Assembly (NCBI GenBank): GCA_003648815.1
Contig: QMPZ01000002.1
Location: forward strand, 1 to 39,751
Length of the DNA: 39,751 nucleotides
From: Candidatus Aerophobota bacterium
Lineage (GTDB): Bacteria; Aerophobota; Aerophobia; Aerophobales; B47-G16
Reading direction: 5' to 3'
Shown: piece by piece, positions 17,978-24,972 of the stretch
Position numbering within the stretch: position 1 is the first letter of the stretch
Layout: each line of letters begins with the position of its first letter
Position numbers and translations under genes: made by a program
The notes under the pieces: model-generated
Database searches by the model: none
The model's input: the letters and a program-made list of their open reading frames with translations, nothing else
What the model was told of the DNA's origin: nothing

Positions 17978-18922
17978 ATGAAGATAAAGGAACTTCATGA
18001 TGAGTTAGGGGAAGGTATAGGCGTATATATAGACAGCAAGTTTTTTGAGATAAGGATAAAGGAAGCTTGTCAGTCAAGAATCTACGGAGATGATAGCGAC
18101 TGCCGGGCAATCATATGGGTTGAAAGCGGCAGAAAAATCTATAGATATTTTAAAGTATTTACCGAGAGAATTACCCGTCTCTTTGAGATAAGCATCAAGG
18201 ATAAAGAAGAGGATTTTATCAGATATTTGAGCAGGGGCTTTGAAAAGAGCTTCGGACCCGGAAGAATGAGGATAAATCCGACTTATAAGGGATTGGAGGA
18301 ACTAAGGAAATATGCTGCCAGAAAGGCTATAAAATATGGCCTTCTGACAGAGGTGCTCGGCTGGGCCACTCTTATGATAGCTACCTGTGCGGATCTTAAG
18401 GTTATGGCGGTGATTATGGGCTTTTATTTCGTATTCGGAGATGTCATTTGTGGTCTTCTCGTTTCCTGGTTAGCTGATCTGGGCACATTTACCTCTCCTT
18501 TCTTTCAGATTGGTGCCTTTCCTGCGGGAAGGCGTCTCTTGAAAAGATATATCTCACTCAATGAAGGCCTGTTAGCTCATTTTAAGAGAAGGGGGAAAAG
18601 AATAAAGGGGCTTGAGGAAAGATTTTTAAAAACGCAGGATGATGTAGAAAAAAAGTCATCTTTGAGTAGACTCTTGGAAAGAGAAAACGAGAGGTTAGCT
18701 AAGGAATGGGAACCTGTGGCTCTGTCCTTCGCAAAATGCAACGAGTTCAAGGGACTCATCGTGGAGTATAAGGGAAGATATCGGGATTCCTTTGCCTTTT
18801 GCAATTACATAGTCAACGGAATAGAACCTGAGGGGGAGGAACTGGACGTATGGCACATCCCGATAGAGGGACCGGAGGAGGAAGGGGAAGGAAGCGATTT
18901 TGATAAGATCTGGGAGGAATGA
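17978..18922 (+). CDS. hypothetical membrane protein (ORFan B): soluble N-domain, two adjacent TM helices, charged coiled-coil-like segment, acidic tail
   Basis: Hydrophobic hairpin LLTEVLGWATLMIATCADL / VMAVIMGFYFVFGDVICGLLVSWLA (about nt 18341-18475). KRRGKRIKGLEERFLKTQDDVEKK...ERENERLAKEWE segment. C-terminal EGPEEEGEGSDFDKIWEE. Confidence 0.65.
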   Translation: MKIKELHDELGEGIGVYIDSKFFEIRIKEACQSRIYGDDSDCRAIIWVESGRKIYRYFKVFTERITRLFEISIKDKEEDFIRYLSRGFEKSFGPGRMRINPTYKGLEELRKYAARKAIKYGLLTEVLGWATLMIATCADLKVMAVIMGFYFVFGDVICGLLVSWLADLGTFTSPFFQIGAFPAGRRLLKRYISLNEGLLAHFKRRGKRIKGLEERFLKTQDDVEKKSSLSRLLERENERLAKEWEPVALSFAKCNEFKGLIVEYKGRYRDSFAFCNYIVNGIEPEGEELDVWHIPIEGPEEEGEGSDFDKIWEE

Positions 18923-18956
18923 ATGCGGTCAAAAATAGCAAAGGGGGAAGGTAAAG

Positions 18957-20384
18957 ATGAAAAGATGCATAGTGGAGTTTAAGGAAAAATCTGCTCTGAT
19001 CAAGGACCTTTCCTCGGAAAAGATGATAAAGCTGGATTTTCCTCCTCTTACGGAGAAGATATATCTTCCTGTGCATTACCATATAGATATGGTCGAAGGA
19101 GCTCATCTGAAGAGGATTGGTAGGTTGAGCGTCTGGATGGCTGAAAACTACCCCATAGAGGATTATCACATAAGGATGGTGAGTCGCAACAGGACAACAT
19201 ATCTATCCTTCAAGGATGAGCAGACCTTAGTTCTCAAGTCAGCATCCGACGTCTACGAGATAATGGTCATCGACGAGCGAAAACTGAACAGAAGGCAAAG
19301 GGAAAAGCTTAAGAAAAACGGCTTCTTTAAGGGCTATGACATCAAAAGGAACGTAAGTGTGGGAAGTTTTTATCTCTTCAGGAAGGAGTCCAGGATCAGA
19401 GGACTTCTGGAGATAGAGGAGGCATTTGACCTTCTCGACTTTCTTTCCTTAATCGTGCTGGACAGGTTAATGGAGGAACTGAAGGACAAGGAGGCTAAGG
19501 TCTCCAAGTCCGTTGAGGTGCCGAAGGAGGCTAAGGAAGGAAGGTACAGGAACTTTGTCCTCCTGAACTACCCGGTCAACAGGGTAACTGAAGCTGTGGA
19601 GTACGTGGATCAAAGGGGGGAGTGGGAGCTCTTCTGTGAACTGATGGATAAGGGAAAGCCCGTGCTTTTGAACGGACCGACTGGCTGTGGAAAGAGCACG
19701 ATGATCAAGTACTACGCTTATATAAATAACCTGCCCTTTTATATGTCTCCCACCGGAAACAGGGAAACGACCATGGATGACATAGTTGGCTCCTGGGTTC
19801 CTGCTGATCCAAAGCCCATAAAGGCGCCAGGAGCTTTGATTTTAGCTATGGTCCACAATGGCATATTCTACTTTGAGGAGATAGGGCCCGTGGATCCCGG
19901 TGTACTGTACGGCCTGCACGGCGTTCTGGATGACAGAAAAATAACGGTTCAGTCACAGTATGGGTTTGAGGTCATCGAAGGGGGAGAAAATTTTAAGATA
20001 GTCTCCTCGGGAAACCTGGACAGCAAATATACCTCCATTGAGCTCAGCGATGCCTTTCTCGAGAGGTGGGCTCAGATAAGGATGGATTATCCGGACAAGG
20101 AAGGCACCATCAAGATACTAAAGTCAAGGGCACCCAAGGTGGATGATAAGATAGCCGAGATGATAACCGATTTACTTTTTGACTTCAGAGAGGTGCTGAA
20201 GGGCTATAGAAGAGATATGGGACTCAGAGGAGCTGTTGAGGTCTGTCAGGCAGCTCAAAACGCCAACCAACCCCTCAAGAAGCTGATAGAAGTACATATG
20301 CTCAACCCGAAGTCCACCTATGAGAGCGATAGGACCCTGTACAAGAAACTGATGGAGAAGATCGACAAGAGAGTGAGGAGGTGA
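18957..20384 (+). CDS. AAA+ ATPase, AAA_5 / CbbQ-NorQ-GvpN (MoxR-related) type, with about 205-aa N-terminal extension
   Basis: Walker A GPTGCGKS (19674-19697). Walker B-like IFYFEEIG (EE at 19875-19880). Sensor-1 SSGN. LSDAFLERWAQIRMDYPDKEGTIKIL (Arg finger / YP...E..IL signature of the CbbQ/NorQ group). Sensor-2 GLRGA. AAGGGGGAAGG RBS. Confidence 0.85.
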   Translation: MKRCIVEFKEKSALIKDLSSEKMIKLDFPPLTEKIYLPVHYHIDMVEGAHLKRIGRLSVWMAENYPIEDYHIRMVSRNRTTYLSFKDEQTLVLKSASDVYEIMVIDERKLNRRQREKLKKNGFFKGYDIKRNVSVGSFYLFRKESRIRGLLEIEEAFDLLDFLSLIVLDRLMEELKDKEAKVSKSVEVPKEAKEGRYRNFVLLNYPVNRVTEAVEYVDQRGEWELFCELMDKGKPVLLNGPTGCGKSTMIKYYAYINNLPFYMSPTGNRETTMDDIVGSWVPADPKPIKAPGALILAMVHNGIFYFEEIGPVDPGVLYGLHGVLDDRKITVQSQYGFEVIEGGENFKIVSSGNLDSKYTSIELSDAFLERWAQIRMDYPDKEGTIKILKSRAPKVDDKIAEMITDLLFDFREVLKGYRRDMGLRGAVEVCQAAQNANQPLKKLIEVHMLNPKSTYESDRTLYKKLMEKIDKRVRR

Positions 20385-20390
20385 TAAGAG

Positions 20391-22409
20391 GTGGCCAATT
20401 GTGAAAAGATAAGAGAGGAGCTTAAAAGAATAGTGGATTTTAGAATAGGTGAAGGAGCGAGCAGAAGACATCCTCTCATTTTCAATAAGAGGACTTTCCT
20501 TCCCGCTCTCACCGGAGCGGCCATCTTTACCGATGGTGAGAAGATATATCTTCCCCTTCAGTTTAGTCTTTGCCGGGATGAGTCGGACAATCAGATGATG
20601 GTCGCCAACGCGGTAAGGCATGAGTCGGACCATATAAAGGAGTTCATCAAGCTACACAGAAAAATAAGCGGTTCTGATAAGTACAACCCCAAGTATGTAA
20701 ATCGATTCTTGGAGGATTTCTTTCTTCAGGACCACTTCAGGGAAAATTCCACCCTTGCCCATGAGATATTCAACATAGTCGAGGACAACAGGATAGACCG
20801 CAGGGCCAGAGAGGAACTTCCTGGACTGAGGCGGTTTTCAGAGGAGAAGGAAAGACGAGTGTATCTTTCCAGACGGCCAAGTCCGAAGTATTTGCTGAAG
20901 AAGGGAAGGAAGCTGGACGCCTTCAGGGAGTTCTTCTTAGAGAAGACCCTGCTCGATGAGACCGTTGACGAGGTACCTGAGGAGTATCAGAAGCTTTTGA
21001 AGGAATGCGTGGATATTGCTCGATCAGCTGAGGGTAAGGACATTTATGCTTCCTTTGCCGCGACCAAGAAGATCTATGACAAGTTCAAGGAAAACTTTGA
21101 CATAAAGGGGCCGATGACTTCCCTTCCCCCCTTTGGTGGCCGGGGTCATGATAAGATGTATCCCGGTATTCCGAGAAGGTACAGGGGTTCTGTAAAGCCA
21201 GGGGAAGGAAGAGGAGAAGAGGAAAGGAAGGCCGGACAGGGGGAAGGAGAGAAGATAAAAAAGGAAGAAAATAGAAAGGAGGGGATGAGAAGTTCTGAGG
21301 AGGCCAAGGAGATTGAGCGGGAAAAGGAGATGAGAAGAGAGGACCAAGCTAAGGCAGACAGGGAAAAGAAAGGAAGAGAAAAGGGGCAGAGAAAGGAAGA
21401 GGGAAAGAGAGAAAAGAGAAAAGAGGGGGAAGGTGAGCAGGATGAAAAAGAGAAATCCTTCAGGGACCAGATGGATGAAGGAAAGAGAACTGAGAAAAGA
21501 AGTGAAGATTTAAATAGCAGATATGATCCTCATAGAAGCAGACCCCTCATTAGACTGGTGCCGAAGCCAACTCCTGGGGTAAACTTAAAAGTTCCCAAAC
21601 CCTCTCTTTACGATGTGAGGGAATCGCAGAGGATAATAAATAAGTACGATGGTGAGATCAGGGCTATTGAAAGTTATTTTAAGAAGCTGGAGGAAAGATA
21701 TCGGGGAAAGAAGATGGCAAAGGAGGGGGAGGAGATAGATATAGGGGAGTATGTGCAGGCGGAGTTAGAATATGAGGCCACGGGGGTAAGGCCGGCGAAA
21801 AAGAAGATATTCCGGAAGAGAGCCCCTGTTAAGAGGAAGGTAGCCTGGGCGATATTAGCTGATATAAGTGCCTCTACGGGATTCGGGTTCGGATACAGGG
21901 TAATTGATTCCATCAAGGAAGCTCTCCTGATCCAGGGAGAAGCACTGAGCTATTCGGGTTATCCCTTTGGCATCTTCGCCTTCCACTCGGGTGGGAATAC
22001 CTTGAGGGAACTGATGGAATACAAGGATACAGTGTATGTGATAAAGGATTTCGGGGAGGATTACACCCCTGAGAACAGGGCAAGGGTGATGTCTCTTTAT
22101 CCCTACGGAGGGACGTTGATGGTGAATGCGATAAAGTATGTGTCCGACAAGCTCAAGAAAATAGAGGGCAGACCAAAGGGTCTGTCCATAATAACTGATG
22201 GAGAACCGGACGTTCCGGAAGAGGTGAGAGCTCTCCTCCAGAAACTGCCGGAGGATGGAATTCTTCCCTTCCTGTTCGTCATCGGCTCAGAGCACGAGAA
22301 GTTTGCCAGGTCACTTATGTCTGAGTACGTGATCATAAAGAAAGACAAAATAAAGGAGCTACCGAATGAGGTGCTGAGAATATTTACCACCTATGGAATT
22401 ATGAAATAA
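20391..22409 (+). CDS. NorD/CbbO/CobT-like VWA (MIDAS) protein with N-terminal HExxH metallopeptidase-like region and K/E/R-rich linker
   Basis: GTG start 10 nt after GAGGAGG. FTDGEKIYLP...RHESDHI (HExxH at 20619-20633). Pre-VWA segment EGEEIDIGEYVQAELE...KRKVAWAILADISASTG with MIDAS DxSxS (21861-21875), GGT (T575) and ITDGEPD (D603). Confidence 0.85.
   Translation: MANCEKIREELKRIVDFRIGEGASRRHPLIFNKRTFLPALTGAAIFTDGEKIYLPLQFSLCRDESDNQMMVANAVRHESDHIKEFIKLHRKISGSDKYNPKYVNRFLEDFFLQDHFRENSTLAHEIFNIVEDNRIDRRAREELPGLRRFSEEKERRVYLSRRPSPKYLLKKGRKLDAFREFFLEKTLLDETVDEVPEEYQKLLKECVDIARSAEGKDIYASFAATKKIYDKFKENFDIKGPMTSLPPFGGRGHDKMYPGIPRRYRGSVKPGEGRGEEERKAGQGEGEKIKKEENRKEGMRSSEEAKEIEREKEMRREDQAKADREKKGREKGQRKEEGKREKRKEGEGEQDEKEKSFRDQMDEGKRTEKRSEDLNSRYDPHRSRPLIRLVPKPTPGVNLKVPKPSLYDVRESQRIINKYDGEIRAIESYFKKLEERYRGKKMAKEGEEIDIGEYVQAELEYEATGVRPAKKKIFRKRAPVKRKVAWAILADISASTGFGFGYRVIDSIKEALLIQGEALSYSGYPFGIFAFHSGGNTLRELMEYKDTVYVIKDFGEDYTPENRARVMSLYPYGGTLMVNAIKYVSDKLKKIEGRPKGLSIITDGEPDVPEEVRALLQKLPEDGILPFLFVIGSEHEKFARSLMSEYVIIKKDKIKELPNEVLRIFTTYGIMK
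21192..21512 (+). repeat. purine-rich low-complexity tract encoding a K/E/R/G polyampholyte linker (aa about 268-374 of the VWA protein)
   Basis: Coding strand is almost exclusively A/G, with uninterrupted homopurine runs at 21200-21231 (32 nt), 21360-21386 (27 nt) and 21388-21433 (46 nt). No exact tandem unit. Confidence 0.85.
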
Positions 22410-22430
22410 AAAGATGGAGAGGAAAGATAA

Positions 22431-23363
22431 ATGAACAAAAAAAGGATTGCCTTGTGGATGGTGTTGGCAATCATCTTTATATGGCTCCTGTCCGGGATGT
22501 ATATCGTTCATCCAAATGAGGAGGGAGTGGTAAGGCGCTGGGGTAAATATACGGTTTCTACGGGTCCCGGAATGCATTATCACATTCCATGGCCTGTGGA
22601 AAGGGTAGATAAGGTAGCGGTGACCAAAATTGAGAAGATGGAGATCGGCTACCGGACGATAAAGAAGGGTCCTCCAGCAATTTATGAGCCTGTGGAGGAG
22701 GAAGCTTTAATGCTGACAGGGGACATGAACATAGTCGAGCTATGGTTCATAGTTCAATACAGGATTAAGGATGCTAAAAAATATCTTTTTAACATCAGAG
22801 GTCCTCAACAGATGATAAAGGATGCCGCAGAGGCATCGATGAGGCAGGTCGTCGGGGACAGAGGCGTTGACGAGGCATTGACCATTGGCAAGGAGGAAAT
22901 CCAGGAAGCTGTGGCGGAAAAACTTCAGGAGATTCTGGACTTGTACGAAAGCGGCATAGAGGTGGTTACGGTGAAGCTACAGGATGTTCATCCTCCTGGA
23001 GAGGTGAAGGCGGCCTTTGAGGCGGTTGCAAGTGCAAAGGAGACCAGAGAGCGATTGGTCAACGAAGCCCTGGGAAAATATAATCAGGAGATTCCCAGAG
23101 CTAAGGGTGAGGCGGAGAAGATAATAAGGCAGGCAGAGGCATACGCTGTGGAGAGGATAAGACGTGCTGAAGGCGATGCAAATAGATTCTTGGCCAGGCT
23201 GAGGGAATACAGAAAGGCCAAACAGGTTACGAAGGACAGGCTGTATCTCGAGACGATGCGGGAGATTCTGCCCGACATCGAAAAGATAGTTATACCTGAG
23301 GAGGAAGGGTTCATAAAGTTCTTGAACCTTAGGGGGAAAGGTTTGGAAGGTTCATCCAAGTGA
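22431..23363 (+). CDS. hflK: FtsH protease activity modulator HflK (SPFH domain)
   Basis: N-terminal TM helix, EEGVVRRWGKY...PGMHYHIPWP, SPFH core and a C-terminal coiled coil. Precedes hflC as usual. Confidence 0.88.
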   Translation: MNKKRIALWMVLAIIFIWLLSGMYIVHPNEEGVVRRWGKYTVSTGPGMHYHIPWPVERVDKVAVTKIEKMEIGYRTIKKGPPAIYEPVEEEALMLTGDMNIVELWFIVQYRIKDAKKYLFNIRGPQQMIKDAAEASMRQVVGDRGVDEALTIGKEEIQEAVAEKLQEILDLYESGIEVVTVKLQDVHPPGEVKAAFEAVASAKETRERLVNEALGKYNQEIPRAKGEAEKIIRQAEAYAVERIRRAEGDANRFLARLREYRKAKQVTKDRLYLETMREILPDIEKIVIPEEEGFIKFLNLRGKGLEGSSK

Positions 23364-23374
23364 GGTGAAAAGAC

Positions 23375-24307
23375 ATGAGCAAATTGAGAATAATTGAATT
23401 TATCATAGCCATAATCGGTCTTCTCACGCTTAACAGTGCCCTTTTTACGGTTGACGAGACAAATCAGGTGGTGGTCACTCAGCTTGGGAAACCGATTAAG
23501 GTGATAAAAGAGCCGGGTCTATACGTGAAGATTCCCTTTATTCAAAAGGCGAACAAATTTGAGGATAGGCTATTGGGCTATGATGTGGAGGCAAGAAGGT
23601 GCGTTACCAAGGACAAAAAGTACATCTTCCTCAACAACTACGCCAGATGGAGGATAGTCGATCCACTTTTATTTATGAAGACGGTGAGAAACGAGGCAGG
23701 AGCGCAGGCAAGACTGGACGATATAATTTACGCTGCTGTAAGGACTGAGGTGGGAAAGCACAATTTCATAGATGTCTTGAGGACCTCAAATAGAAAGATG
23801 TTGGCAGTAGAGCCTCTTCTGAAAAGGGAAAAAGAGGAAGAGAAGGTGGAGGTGGGAAGGGAAAAGATAATGCTCGATGCTACAAGGAGAGCTAATCAGA
23901 TAGCTAAGAGGTACGGGATAAAGGTAGTGGATGTGAGGATAAAGAGGGCGGACCTGCCCGAGGCAAACACCCATGCCGTATTTGCCAGGATGAAGGCGGA
24001 AAGAGAGAGAATATCAAATAGATATATATCCGAGGGAGAAGGGGAAAGGGCAAAGATATTAGGGGAAATGGAAAAGGAGCTGGCACGGATTCGCGCGGAG
24101 GCTTACAAGACAGCTCAACAGATAAAGGGAAAAGCAGATGCCACAGCCACCAGGATCTACGCAGAGGCTTACAAACAGGATCCGGATTTCTTTAATTTCC
24201 TGAAGACCCTCGAGACCTATAAGGAGACACTTCCGAAGAAGACAACAATTGTGGTTCCCTTAAGTTCAAAGTTCTTCAAGTATCTCACTCCAGAGGAGGA
24301 AGAGTAA
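23375..24307 (+). CDS. hflC: FtsH protease activity modulator HflC (SPFH domain)
   Basis: TM helix, VDETNQVVVTQLGKPIKVIKEPGLYVKIPFIQ, RIKRADLPE, ERERIS. Confidence 0.88.
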   Translation: MSKLRIIEFIIAIIGLLTLNSALFTVDETNQVVVTQLGKPIKVIKEPGLYVKIPFIQKANKFEDRLLGYDVEARRCVTKDKKYIFLNNYARWRIVDPLLFMKTVRNEAGAQARLDDIIYAAVRTEVGKHNFIDVLRTSNRKMLAVEPLLKREKEEEKVEVGREKIMLDATRRANQIAKRYGIKVVDVRIKRADLPEANTHAVFARMKAERERISNRYISEGEGERAKILGEMEKELARIRAEAYKTAQQIKGKADATATRIYAEAYKQDPDFFNFLKTLETYKETLPKKTTIVVPLSSKFFKYLTPEEEE

Positions 24308-24327
24308 ACCTTTCCTTCTTTAAAGAG

Positions 24328-24972
24328 ATGAAGAAAGGGCTGTTCATAAGCTTTGAGGGAATAGATAAAAGTGGAAAGAGCACGCAGATATCCCTCCTGG
24401 CGGACTATCTTAAGAGGAGAGGATATGAGGTGCTCACGACGTGTGAGCCTGGGGGAACTGAATTGGGGAAAATAATCAAGGAGGTGCTTCTTTCACCTTC
24501 CCTTGATGGTATGAGCAGGATCAGTGAGCTCTTCTTATATTTGGCTGATAGAAGAGAACATGTGGAAAAGGTGATCAAACCAGCTTTGAGAGGTGGAAAG
24601 GTGGTAATCTCTGATCGTTTTGTCGATGCCTCCGTTGCTTATCAGGGTTATGGAAGAGGAATAAGCATAAGCTGGATCGAGGATTTGAACAAAATAGTCA
24701 CAGGCGGGATCTTGCCGGACATTACCTTTCTCTTGGATATAAGCCCATCTTTAGCCAAGGAGCGGTCTGAGAAGAAGGACAGGATGGAAAGGGAAGATAC
24801 AAAATTTTATGAGAAGGTGCGCCAGGGATATCTTGAGATTGCCAAATCCTTTCCGGACAGAATCCGCATAATCAAAGCAACTCGAGGAGTTTGGGAGATT
24901 TTCTCAGAGGTTAAAAAAGAAATTTCTAAGTACTTAGATAAAGGACAAAAGGAATGTCGTTCCAAGACATAA
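24328..24972 (+). CDS. tmk: dTMP (thymidylate) kinase
   Basis: FISFEGIDKSGKSTQ P-loop, DRF, LID region. Confidence 0.93.
   Translation: MKKGLFISFEGIDKSGKSTQISLLADYLKRRGYEVLTTCEPGGTELGKIIKEVLLSPSLDGMSRISELFLYLADRREHVEKVIKPALRGGKVVISDRFVDASVAYQGYGRGISISWIEDLNKIVTGGILPDITFLLDISPSLAKERSEKKDRMEREDTKFYEKVRQGYLEIAKSFPDRIRIIKATRGVWEIFSEVKKEISKYLDKGQKECRSKT

Noticed and set aside
21024-21347. A 107-aa ORF antisense to the K/E-rich linker
   Set aside because: It is an artefact of the homopurine tract. The pyrimidine strand lacks stop codons and yields an L/S/F/P-rich product.
21192-21512. Tandem repeat or CRISPR-like interpretation of the purine-rich region
   Set aside because: It has no exact repeat unit or regular spacer periodicity, and it lies in frame inside a long CDS. 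It is compositional low complexity only.
17277-22430. The cassette as part of a mobile defence island or prophage
   Set aside because: The window has no integrase, transposase, tRNA attachment site or flanking direct repeats. Both flanks are housekeeping genes (coaBC, hflKC). A conflict-system role is still possible but is not supported by context here.
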